Shown: positions 28,479-40,452 of the stretch, in pieces
How the letters are laid out: the number at the start of each line of letters is the position of its first letter
Numbering within the stretch: position 1 is the stretch's first letter
Origin: Puniceicoccales bacterium
GTDB lineage: Bacteria; Verrucomicrobiota; Verrucomicrobiia; Opitutales; UBA9783
DNA length: 64,000 bases
Direction of reading: 5' to 3'
Assembly (NCBI GenBank): GCA_031278975.1
Contig: JAITJL010000001.1
Location: 21,680 to 85,679 of the forward strand
The notes under the pieces: model-generated
What the model was told of the DNA's origin: nothing
Database searches by the model: none
What the model saw: only the letters and a program-made list of their open reading frames with translations
Program-made: the position numbers and the translations under genes

Positions 28479-29129
28479 TTACCAATCTAGCAAATTATCA
28501 GGGGCATACCTCTCAGGCATCTCCTCTGGCCCATTGTAAACTTTACCCGTACCTTCATCAACCCATTGCTTACCGTCGAAATAAGCACTGTCCTCGTAAT
28601 TTTCAGTGCAATAACACTTGTACCCATTATACACAAAACGGTCATGAAGCAACTTGACAGACCTAAGCGAAGTATACAACTCACCCGGGATGTAATCAAT
28701 TACAAAATATTCCTGAAACAAATGTTCCTTCACTTGCTCTGACTTGTAAATGATACGATCATCAGCTAGGAGGCCTGCCTGTTGTATGGGCTCACCATTG
28801 CTGTCTAAAGCTTTATTCGCTTCTCCTATAAATATACCAGGAACAATAGTCAAATATACCCATTGACCTGCGATTTCTTGGACTATTCGGTTTGTGGGCG
28901 TTCTATAAGTTTCATCCATCGGACCATGAACGGAAGTACCGTCGGGCGTACGTCCTACTAACGGAAATGTGGTAGGATCCGTATCCCTCACCTCCCCCAT
29001 TGCGGGACAGACTTTACCTGCATGTTCCATCTGACAATAATTACACCACCAGGCATTTAAGGTGATCACACCCATTACACCTACCGTCACAAGACTCGCT
29101 TTTATAAACGTACTCGTTGTTTTTTGCAT
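28479..29129 (-). CDS. N-terminally anchored protein, AWWCxxCQxEHxxxxCP family (paralog B)
   Basis: 216 aa. A hydrophobic helix (ASLVTVGVMGVITL) is followed by NAWWCNYCQMEHAGKVCP. The Cys/His spacing is the same as in 24178..24780, and the later blocks are shared. Confidence 0.55.
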   Translation of the reverse strand: MQKTTSTFIKASLVTVGVMGVITLNAWWCNYCQMEHAGKVCPAMGEVRDTDPTTFPLVGRTPDGTSVHGPMDETYRTPTNRIVQEIAGQWVYLTIVPGIFIGEANKALDSNGEPIQQAGLLADDRIIYKSEQVKEHLFQEYFVIDYIPGELYTSLRSVKLLHDRFVYNGYKCYCTENYEDSAYFDGKQWVDEGTGKVYNGPEEMPERYAPDNLLDW

Positions 29130-29280
29130 ATATTATTTTTATTTAAAATTATACAATATAGAATTATCAATAATCTACTCTTTATCAAGTTTATTTGAAG
29201 TATTTTCTAAAGCAAACTCTTAACTGAGTTCAAAATGCTGGCATGTCGGTATGTTATTCATAAAACTTTTCCCTATTTAT

Positions 29281-29460
29281 CAATACCTGTTTTAAAACTT
29301 CTGTTCATTGCCTCCTAGCTTTTCACATTTTCCTACTTCTCATCCAACTCTCTTTCCTTCACCTCCAATCGATACTCCATGCTCTCCTTAAACGATACCT
29401 CTCTCTATTTTCTCTTTGTCCTATCTACCTCCTTCAATACTTAATAAACTCAATAAAAAA
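29281..29460. other. G-depleted, CT-rich low-complexity tract on the + strand (purine-rich on the - strand)
   Basis: I count 8 G in 180 nt, including a 52-nt G-free run (29319-29370). The minus strand carries several GGAGG/AAGGAG motifs. The tract lies in the spacer between divergent genes 28479..29129 (-) and 29501..30544 (+). Confidence 0.7.
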
Positions 29461-29500
29461 TGAATTGCGTTTTTGGGGATAAACGCTAAAAAATTTTGCA

Positions 29501-30544
29501 ATGTTAAAAACTTTATTCCGAAGGCTTTTAGCTACCTGGCAGGGGAAGTTATCGGTGCTGATACTGACCACTTTGTACGGAGTAACTTCGTTAGCCCCAC
29601 TGTTAGCGCCTTACGATATTAGTCAGCAGCACTTACAATTTTCTTTTCATCCACCCATGACTTTAAAATGGTTTCAAAATGCCCTGTATTATAGAACCTA
29701 CGTTAGAGCCAAACTACCTTCGGTGCAATACACACCAACGCAAACTTATGTGCCTATACAGTGGTGGGTACCGTGCAAAACTTACCATGTCTTGGGATGT
29801 ATTCCCTGTAGTCATAAATTGTTTGGAGGCGACGAACGGTATCCATTTTTTTTGCTCGGGACAGATAATTTGGGGCGCGATTTTTTTTCTCGATTACTCT
29901 TTGGAGGACGTATTTCTTTGAGTATTGGTCTTGTGGGTGTTTTGATCACACTTTGGATAGGATGTTTTGCAGGTTGCATAGCAGGTTTTTTAGGCGGTTG
30001 GTGCGATTTTCTCACGATGCGGTGTGTCGAGTTTTTGATGGCCATTCCAAGTTTGTACTTGCTATTGGCTTTACGTGCATCCATTGGGATGCATTTTAGT
30101 TCATCAATGGCATATTTTATGATTGTGACCATCTTAGCTTGCATTGGATGGACCAAAATTGCTCGCGTTGTTCGAGGTATGGTTGCTGGATTGAAAACTG
30201 CCGCTTTTGTACAAGCTGCACAAGCAATGGGGCAAAGTACATTGCAAATTTTTTTAAAGCATTTTATACCCAACTTAGCCAGTTATTTACTCACTGCAGC
30301 TACCCTATGTATACCCAGTTACATATTGTACGAAGCGGCTTTAAGTTTCTTGGGTATCGGTATTCAGGAGCCTAGTACTTCTTGGGGATTAATGCTAAAA
30401 TATTCGCAGGAAGATCTCAAAGTTTTTACGCTTAATCTTTGGTGGCTTTTACTCCCGGGTATTGGTATTTCCTTAACAATTATTGCCTTCAATCTGCTTG
30501 GAGATGCTTTACGCGATAGCATGGATCCTAAATTACACACGTAA
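29501..30544 (+). CDS. Peptide ABC transporter permease (OppC/DppC type)
   Basis: BPD_transp_1 EAA-like loop (YEAALSFLGIGIQEPSTSWGLML), about 6 TM segments, and an OppC-type N-terminal extension. Confidence 0.8.
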   Translation: MLKTLFRRLLATWQGKLSVLILTTLYGVTSLAPLLAPYDISQQHLQFSFHPPMTLKWFQNALYYRTYVRAKLPSVQYTPTQTYVPIQWWVPCKTYHVLGCIPCSHKLFGGDERYPFFLLGTDNLGRDFFSRLLFGGRISLSIGLVGVLITLWIGCFAGCIAGFLGGWCDFLTMRCVEFLMAIPSLYLLLALRASIGMHFSSSMAYFMIVTILACIGWTKIARVVRGMVAGLKTAAFVQAAQAMGQSTLQIFLKHFIPNLASYLLTAATLCIPSYILYEAALSFLGIGIQEPSTSWGLMLKYSQEDLKVFTLNLWWLLLPGIGISLTIIAFNLLGDALRDSMDPKLHT

Positions 30545-30550
30545 AATAAA

Positions 30551-31378
30551 ATGGAACCACTCATTGCTGTCAAAGATTTGGATATTGCTTTCCTTCAACA
30601 GGGAGTTAGAACGCATGTTGTCAAAGATATTTCGTTCGACATATTTCCCCAAGAGGTTTTAGCCATCGTCGGAGAAAGTGGCAGTGGAAAATCGGTTACG
30701 GCACTTTCAATCATGCGACTTTTACCACCTCCGCCCTATTGTACAATCATGGGTACAATTACTTATGAGCAACTCAATGTTTTGAAATTGACAGAAAAAC
30801 AGTTGCGTAAGATTCGTGGGGCAGGGGTTGCCTATGTTTTTCAAGAACCTTCTACTTCTTTCAATCCCGTATTCACGATCGGTTATCAAATTGCAGAAGC
30901 CATTAGATTGCACTTGGCGGACGTTGAGGATGTAAAAGCGTACGCCATTCAGCTCCTATGCAAAGTAGGCCTGGATGGACAACACTGTTATGGGGCTTAC
31001 CCGCATGAGCTTAGCGGAGGGATGCAGCAGCGTGCTATGATTGCCATGGCATTGGCGTGTCGTCCTAGAGTCCTTATTGCCGACGAACCTACAACAGCCT
31101 TGGATGCGACTATTCAAAAGCAAATTATTGAATTGTTAAAGCACCTGCAACGCACCGAAAAATTAACGATTGTCTTGATCACGCATAATTTCGGTATTGT
31201 GAGACACTTTGCACAGCGCGTAATTGTCATGTCTCGAGGAAAAATCGTAGAACAAGGGCTGTCGGAACAAATTGTAATGCATCCACAGCATCCGTACACG
31301 CAAGCTTTGATAGCGTGCATCCCTACCCTAGGTCAACGCAAAGAACGATTGAAGACCATCGACTATTCGGCATTTTAA
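30551..31378 (+). CDS. Peptide ABC transporter ATP-binding protein (OppD/DppD type)
   Basis: Walker A GESGSGKS, signature LSGGMQQRAMIAMAL, Walker B LIADEPTTALD, and the C-terminal oligopeptide-ABC motif HPQHPYTQALI. Confidence 0.85.
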   Translation: MEPLIAVKDLDIAFLQQGVRTHVVKDISFDIFPQEVLAIVGESGSGKSVTALSIMRLLPPPPYCTIMGTITYEQLNVLKLTEKQLRKIRGAGVAYVFQEPSTSFNPVFTIGYQIAEAIRLHLADVEDVKAYAIQLLCKVGLDGQHCYGAYPHELSGGMQQRAMIAMALACRPRVLIADEPTTALDATIQKQIIELLKHLQRTEKLTIVLITHNFGIVRHFAQRVIVMSRGKIVEQGLSEQIVMHPQHPYTQALIACIPTLGQRKERLKTIDYSAF

Positions 31379-31455
31379 TCGCCATGCTAGAAAAAGCTAC
31401 AGGCTTCATGCCGCTTGAAAAACAAATTCAAGCAGATATTGTTAAGCATGGATGT

Positions 31456-32352
31456 TTAATAATACAAATAAGCATCAAATTGAAGTTGATGACGAAACCA
31501 AGTGTTTTGCTTTTTGATCAATTGGCAAGTATTGTGAACAATTTGCTCTTCAAGGGTGTACAAATCTTGTTTTGATTGTCTTGTTTGCGTCAAAAATCGT
31601 ATCGTTTCTCGATATCCAATGGTCAAGGCGGTGGGTGTATTCTCCAATAAATAATTGTTTTCTAGTAAGAAACGTACTTCTTCAATAAGACCAGCCAAAA
31701 GCATACATTTTGTTCTTTTTCGCACGCGCAGCTTTAACAATTCTAGTGGCCACATGATGTAGGTAGTATATTTTGGTATGTGCGCAAAAGGTGTTTGCAT
31801 CCGTTCAAAGTTTTTGTGCAGTGCATGCAAAGGTAATCCTGTTGTTAAACAACGCAGGAGGGCTTTTTTCACTTTTCTCAAATTGCAGATATCCAAAGAA
31901 TTTGGAAGGCCTAAAGGGTTGAGTGTTTTGAGTTTTTTTAAAATAAAATCGACTCCCATTTGTTTTTCCCATCTGTTGATTTCTCGCATGACAGACGGAT
32001 TGTCTTCGTGTTCATCTACCACTGGAGTCAGAAAACTTTTTAAATAAAACCCCGATCCGCCAACAACGAGGACATTGTGGTTACGTGAAAAAATTTCTGA
32101 AACGCAGCGCTGTGCGTAAGTAAAGTAATTTTTTATCGAAAAGTATTCGCTGGGATAAACTAAATCAATGCCCCAATGGGGAACGCATGCCTGTTGCGCT
32201 TTCGAAGGTTTTGCGGTGCCAATATCCATTCTTTTGTAAAAAGCAGAAGCATCGCAAGACAAGATTTCACACGCATGTTGTATTGCGAACGCAAGCGCAT
32301 AATCCGATTTTCCTGAGGCGGTTGGCCCCGCCAAAATGTATAACATCTTCAC
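31456..32352 (-). CDS. miaA: tRNA dimethylallyltransferase
   Basis: P-loop ILAGPTASGKS, then DIGTAKP and VVGGSGFYLKSF blocks typical of MiaA. Confidence 0.88.
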   Translation of the reverse strand: MKMLYILAGPTASGKSDYALAFAIQHACEILSCDASAFYKRMDIGTAKPSKAQQACVPHWGIDLVYPSEYFSIKNYFTYAQRCVSEIFSRNHNVLVVGGSGFYLKSFLTPVVDEHEDNPSVMREINRWEKQMGVDFILKKLKTLNPLGLPNSLDICNLRKVKKALLRCLTTGLPLHALHKNFERMQTPFAHIPKYTTYIMWPLELLKLRVRKRTKCMLLAGLIEEVRFLLENNYLLENTPTALTIGYRETIRFLTQTRQSKQDLYTLEEQIVHNTCQLIKKQNTWFRHQLQFDAYLYY

Positions 32353-32356
32353 AACA

Positions 32357-32863
32357 TCACAGAGCTTTGATCAACTCAAGGTACACGTGTGCACTCTCTT
32401 CGATGCAACGCATATCTTGATTCGTCAAAGTGCGTACCACTTTTCCAGGAATACCTGTAACCAGAGAGTAAGGTGGAATGATCTGATGTTGTGTAACCAA
32501 TGTATGGGCGCCAATAATACAATAATCGCCAATGCGTGCTCCATCCAATAGCGTGGCGTGCATACCGATTAAGCAATGATTGCCCACATGAGAGCCGTGA
32601 ACAATGGCTCCATGGCCCACCGTTACGTATTGTCCAATCACAACATCGTACTCAAGACTTACGTGTACAACGACATTTTCTTGTATGTTAGACCCTTGTG
32701 CTACGGTAATTTTATTTAAGTCACCACGTAACACAGCGTTAGGCCATACACTGCACAGAGCTTCTAGGTGGACATTGCCTGATACGATGGCCCGTGGAGA
32801 TATAAATGCTTTTGAATTAAAATTAGGTTGACATTGTTGATGCTGCAAAAAAAACTTCTGCAT
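32357..32863 (-). CDS. Gamma-carbonic-anhydrase-like hexapeptide-repeat protein (YrdA/PaaY family)
   Basis: 168 aa left-handed beta-helix pattern. VWPNAVLRGDLNKITVAQGSNIQENVVVH...VGHGAIVHG retains the three His positions of the family. Confidence 0.8.
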   Translation of the reverse strand: MQKFFLQHQQCQPNFNSKAFISPRAIVSGNVHLEALCSVWPNAVLRGDLNKITVAQGSNIQENVVVHVSLEYDVVIGQYVTVGHGAIVHGSHVGNHCLIGMHATLLDGARIGDYCIIGAHTLVTQHQIIPPYSLVTGIPGKVVRTLTNQDMRCIEESAHVYLELIKAL

Positions 32864-32947
32864 AAGTAAAAAAATTATTCTTTACATAAGTAGTCGACAT
32901 CATTAAAAGAAGCATGCTTCGTAAATAAAGTCAAATAGTTATTTGTA

Positions 32948-34231
32948 TTGAACGCTGAAGAAAATATCCTTGAACAATTCCAGGCACTTCAATTAGGGCC
33001 TGTGTGGACAGAAAAGAGTCGCAAAACTATTGCATCCACTAACGGTACAAAGACAAAAAAAGCCTCTATTATTAAGGAGAAGCAAGCCGCAATAGCAAAC
33101 CGTGTAAGTTCGTCCGTAAAAGCATTAGAACAAGTTATTGATATTAATTTGCGTCCCGAAGAAAGTGCCTTAAAAGTCCTTATAAATACGCTACGAAGTT
33201 CTTGTAAAACTTACCAATTGTTTCCCTTAATTCACTTGTTTCTCGAAAAGGAAGATAGGTTTTTTATCGTTCTTAACGGCCGACAGAGTTCTAGTTTTAA
33301 AGGATTTTATGTGGTGTCAAAAAAGATTCCTTTTCTTTCAATGGAGGGAGCTTTGGATTACGTTGTACACCAAAATTGGGCGCAGTATTTTAAGGAAGAA
33401 TGTGTAGTGTTGGAAAAACCTAAAGGGAACTTTCAATCGGTCAATCGATGCGGTATAACGGGGGCCTTGCTGGGACCTCCCAATTATCACTTATACGCCG
33501 ATTTGTTAAGAGAGCATTATGAAGGCAATTTGAAAGGGCGTTGCGCGTACGAGTCATTTCTTTCTCAGATAAAAAATGAACGTACGGCAGAAGTTGTGGA
33601 AGCATGGTTGACCTGCATGACTCAAGGTCGACGTTTTCGACTGTTGGCAGATCCAGAAGTTTGTTTCATGTCCAAGGAAGCTGCTAAAAAATATTTACTT
33701 GAAAATTCCGATTTGAACTTAACAAAAAAAGTTTTTCGGGTAAAACTTACAGTTTCTGACGTCGGTAAAATTGTTGATTTTGACTTAAGAAAAATGATCG
33801 AAAAATTTTTAAACGACGAAAAAAAATTGCCTGTTAAAACGGCAAATTTTTTTAGAGGTCGCCTGCATTATGCAGGATTTCACATTTATAAGAAAGGGCG
33901 CAATGGTATTTCTTACGTCTGTGCTATAAAACGGAAAATACGCAATACAACGACACAATTTTCGGAAAGCGTAAGCAAATTAATTGAGGTGATTGAAAAA
34001 TACGAAGGTAAAATTACGATCTTTGAATTACCCAAAGTATTTTTTAACGTTACGGATAGTGCTTGGGAAGCCGCTGTAGATCCAAGATCTGCGAGAGAAT
34101 TTAAGTCCAATCTATCTTGGCTCATTAGGGAAGGATACGTTACGGAATTTGAAGATAATACTTTGTACGTCTCACCGGTGCAAAATTTACAGAAATCTAT
34201 TCTTACGAGTGAAAAAGAAAAAGTGCTTTAG
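32948..34231 (+). CDS. Hypothetical protein (427 aa, soluble, Lys-rich)
   Basis: A long ORF with a TTG start in the track and protein-like composition. I can name no motif. It stands alone between a 84-bp and a ~500-bp spacer. Confidence 0.5.
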   Translation: MNAEENILEQFQALQLGPVWTEKSRKTIASTNGTKTKKASIIKEKQAAIANRVSSSVKALEQVIDINLRPEESALKVLINTLRSSCKTYQLFPLIHLFLEKEDRFFIVLNGRQSSSFKGFYVVSKKIPFLSMEGALDYVVHQNWAQYFKEECVVLEKPKGNFQSVNRCGITGALLGPPNYHLYADLLREHYEGNLKGRCAYESFLSQIKNERTAEVVEAWLTCMTQGRRFRLLADPEVCFMSKEAAKKYLLENSDLNLTKKVFRVKLTVSDVGKIVDFDLRKMIEKFLNDEKKLPVKTANFFRGRLHYAGFHIYKKGRNGISYVCAIKRKIRNTTTQFSESVSKLIEVIEKYEGKITIFELPKVFFNVTDSAWEAAVDPRSAREFKSNLSWLIREGYVTEFEDNTLYVSPVQNLQKSILTSEKEKVL

Positions 34232-34625
34232 TATTTTCTCACACATTGAGCAAAAGCAACAAATCTTATTTTGAAAAGTAGGATCTTGTGATTAATTTCA
34301 GGCTCAATACTGTTAAAGATGGTGTTTTTCGAGGTACAGCGAGTGTATTTACCTTAAAAACTAATTACCCTTGCGACTTTTTGGTATAGTTACCATTCTT
34401 ACTTGTGCACTGATCTATGTATTCCGGACGATTGTTTTGTTGATTACCTAAAGCTTAATTCATTCCATCTATACGTGTTCCTTATGTGGACTACGTATAA
34501 AATAACTTTTATCTAATTTTCGGACTTTGGAATAATTTTTGTTTACAAAAACACTCTTCTGAAGTTAGTACATAGAAATATCATTGTAGGCTATGACTAC
34601 TACAGAACTTTATGCTGCTAGATAA

Positions 34626-37262
<2,637 letters not shown>

Positions 37263-37264
37263 CC

Positions 37265-39688
37265 ATGCACGTAGAAAAAGAATTTTTAATAGATACCAAC
37301 GTCGACGATATCATGAAGTCGGCTTACATCGATTATTCGATGTCTGTGATCGTTAGTCGTGCACTCCCCGACGTACGTGATGGTTTGAAACCGGTACATC
37401 GCCGCATTCTGTATGCCATGTTGCGGGAAGGCCTTTTGCATAATCGTCCTTTCGATAAATGTGCGGGTATCGTTGGAGAAGTACTGAAAAATTATCACCC
37501 CCATGGGGATAGTTCCGTGTACGATGCGCTCGTCAGAATGGCCCAAGGATGGGTTATGCGTTATCCTCTGGTAGATCCACAGGGGAATTTTGGTTCCATT
37601 GACGGAGACTCTGCCGCCGCTTATCGTTATACCGAATGTCGATTGAAGGATATTGCCGAGGAATTACTCAAAGACATTGATGAGGACACGGTTGATTTTA
37701 CGGCCAATTATAAAGAAAGCACGGTGGAACCCGTTGTACTACCTTCCGCTTTGCCCAGCTTATTGATGAATGGATCTACGGGGATTGCGGTGGGTATGAC
37801 GACCAATATTCCTCCGCATAATTTAAAAGAATTGCTGGATGCGCTTTTTATTTTAATTGATCGCCCAGAAGCGAGCATAGAAGATATTTTAAAAGTGATT
37901 CAGGGCCCCGATTTCCCAACGGGAGGTACGGTGGTTGGGTTAGAAGGCGTTTCCCATTATTTGAGAACGGGGCGTGGCATCATTCACGTACGCGGTGAAG
38001 CGCACTGCGAAGATTTGGGGACCGGAAGAGAACAAATCATCATCACAGAAATTCCCTACAACGTAAATCGTGCAAATTTGGTAACAAAAATTGCCGAACT
38101 CGTGCAACAGAAGGGTTTGACTGAAATTAGCGACATACGCGATGAATCGGACGAAAATACACGGGTTGTCATTGAGTTAAAACGAGGTGAGGTTTCTCGG
38201 GTTGTTCTAAATAAATTATTTAAAATGACGCCTTTGGAATCTTCTTTTGGTGTAATTTTGCTGGCCCTGGATCGGCAACGGCCAAAGCAGATGAACATTA
38301 GGGAAATGTTGGAATGCTTCCTTGAGCATCGTCGCGAAGTCGTAACGCGCAGGACTCATTTTCGTTTGGAGAAAGCCGAAAGTCGTTTACATATTTTGGA
38401 AGGTTACAAAATTGCCTTGGATCATTTGGATGATTTTGTACGCACGATTCGTTCATCGGCTTCCCGAGATGAAGCCAAAATTGCTCTGACTACTCAATTT
38501 CAGTTAAGTGATCTGCAAGCGGATGCAATTTTAGAGTTACGGTTATATCAATTAACGGGACTTGAACGCGATCGCGTTGACGCCGAATATTTAGAATTAT
38601 TGAAGATCGCGGAAGAATTACGTGCTATTTTGGCCAACGATACCAAATTGTTGGAAGTGATTAAGGATGAATTGCTGGTCTTAAAAAAACGGTATGGGAA
38701 CGAACGTAAAACGCGTATTACCCCTGCCGAATCTGAATTTAGATTGGAAGATGTCATTGCCAACGTGGGATGTATCATTACGGTAACGCATAATGGTTTC
38801 ATCAAACGTACCGACATTAGTTCTTACCGTTCTCAAAAACGTGGTGGTAAGGGTGTTGTAGGCGCAGGGCAATACGATGACGATTTCATAGAACATTCTT
38901 TTACAGCGAGTACGCACGATTACATTTTATTCGTGATGCAGAATGGTCGTTTGTACATCAAAAAAGTGTACGAAATTCCAGAAGGTTCCAGAATAGCCAA
39001 GGGACGCGCTTTAATTAACGTTCTCGAGTTGCAGAAAGGCGAAAAAATTGCCGCCATGCTGTGTATTAAGGATTTTAGTGATGCCTATTCTTTGGTGATG
39101 GCAACCCAGAAAGGCATCGTTAAAAAGACGGTTTTATCGGCCTACCGGAATTGTCGCGCATCCGGGCTCATTGGTATGAACATCGATGATGGCGATTTGA
39201 TTATTGGTGCAGACATTACGAATGGGAATGACGATTTGATTTTAATCACTTACAAAGGTATGTCCATCCGATTTAGCGAAATGGACTGCAGGGATCAAGG
39301 GCGTGCCACACGCGGTGTAAGGGGTATCCGTTTACGCGATGGTGACTTCGTAAAAGCTTTAATTGTTGTAAATGACCACAGTACACTGCTCATTGCCGGA
39401 ATAAAAGGGCAAGGGAAACGCTCTGAATTTTCAGAGTACCGCTTACAACAAAGAGGCGGCATTGGCGTGATCGCCATTAAGACGCACGGTGTTGCAGGCG
39501 CCATCGCCGTTGACGAGAAAGACGAAATGATGCTGTTCACGAAATCTGGACAAGCAGTTCGAAGCCCAGTTCGAGATGTTCGTGTCATCGGTCGAACCAC
39601 GATGGGCGTGCGCTTAATTAATTTGGCTAAGGACGATACCTTAATAGGCATCTGCAAAGTGGTCGAAATTGAATCGACAGAAGCCTGA
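37265..39688 (+). CDS. gyrA: DNA gyrase subunit A
   Basis: YIDYSMSVIVSRALPDVRDGLKPVHRRILYAM, HPHGDSSVYDALVRMAQ, and active-site AAYRYTECRL. C-terminal beta-pinwheel repeats are present. The start is 2 nt after the gyrB stop. Confidence 0.95.
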   Translation: MHVEKEFLIDTNVDDIMKSAYIDYSMSVIVSRALPDVRDGLKPVHRRILYAMLREGLLHNRPFDKCAGIVGEVLKNYHPHGDSSVYDALVRMAQGWVMRYPLVDPQGNFGSIDGDSAAAYRYTECRLKDIAEELLKDIDEDTVDFTANYKESTVEPVVLPSALPSLLMNGSTGIAVGMTTNIPPHNLKELLDALFILIDRPEASIEDILKVIQGPDFPTGGTVVGLEGVSHYLRTGRGIIHVRGEAHCEDLGTGREQIIITEIPYNVNRANLVTKIAELVQQKGLTEISDIRDESDENTRVVIELKRGEVSRVVLNKLFKMTPLESSFGVILLALDRQRPKQMNIREMLECFLEHRREVVTRRTHFRLEKAESRLHILEGYKIALDHLDDFVRTIRSSASRDEAKIALTTQFQLSDLQADAILELRLYQLTGLERDRVDAEYLELLKIAEELRAILANDTKLLEVIKDELLVLKKRYGNERKTRITPAESEFRLEDVIANVGCIITVTHNGFIKRTDISSYRSQKRGGKGVVGAGQYDDDFIEHSFTASTHDYILFVMQNGRLYIKKVYEIPEGSRIAKGRALINVLELQKGEKIAAMLCIKDFSDAYSLVMATQKGIVKKTVLSAYRNCRASGLIGMNIDDGDLIIGADITNGNDDLILITYKGMSIRFSEMDCRDQGRATRGVRGIRLRDGDFVKALIVVNDHSTLLIAGIKGQGKRSEFSEYRLQQRGGIGVIAIKTHGVAGAIAVDEKDEMMLFTKSGQAVRSPVRDVRVIGRTTMGVRLINLAKDDTLIGICKVVEIESTEA

Positions 39689-39955
39689 TGCAAATGATAA
39701 AATAATTTTATAAATGTCGCAAGTTTTATATTATTTAATACCAATATATTTTTTTGTACTTTTATAGCTATTTACGTCGGTCAATGTCTTACGGAGAAAA
39801 TTCCATACGTTGTACATCTGTACGATCTTTTACAAGCCCATAACATGGAAAGTCATGCCAAGACTTTTCTTATTCGTATGGGAAAAATTGTTGTTACAGT
39901 ACTTACGTTATTGACTTAAGGTAAAATAATATGTGCAATTGGCAAATGTTTTTTT

Positions 39956-40030
39956 GCCCGTATAGTGTAACGGTCAGCACGGTAGGTCCTCATCCTACAA
40001 ATCGCAGTTCGATTCTGCGTACGGGTGCCA
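39956..40030 (+). tRNA. tRNA-Glu (anticodon CUC by my hand fold), encoded CCA, atypical C at position 33
   Basis: Hand fold of 75 nt: acceptor GCCCGTA/TACGGGT (G1-U72 wobble); D stem GTGT/GCAC; anticodon stem GTAGG/CCTAC with loop TCCTCAT; 4-nt variable loop AAAT; T arm CGCAG-TTCGATT-CTGCG; then G-CCA. U11-A24, U13-G22 and the 4-nt variable loop fit tRNA-Glu. A T-run follows. Confidence 0.75.
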
Positions 40031-40452
40031 GTTTTTAACTAAGCTAAAGGGACGAAGGACAGGTGCATTGTTTTTTTTAGTAGCTACAAATGCGCTTCCC
40101 CAACAATCCACTCTTTTATCGACACGACTGTAAATCGACGTCCCGGTTAACACCCAAGTTAAAGGTGAGGATTTGCGTTTGATGGCATTAATTTTTTGAT
40201 AGGTGTTGTCACAATATTCAGGAAGTTGCATTGGAGTTTACATGTCTGAGATATGGGGAAAAATACTCTCACGGCATCGGAAAACAACAGAGAAAGTTGA
40301 GCTATTCCACTCGAAGAAACCATATTAAACTACCGAAACATACGATTTACATACATTTCCATTAAGCCTACTAGAATCTTCTTTCTCGGCTTTGCTTTAA
40401 CTTCCAACATTTTTAATGAAACAATGATAGAAGTTTGTTAAAAACTTTTCCT

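Noticed and set aside
39995-40231. 78-aa minus-strand ORF.
   Set aside because: It overlaps the well-folded tRNA-Glu gene and has no supporting features.
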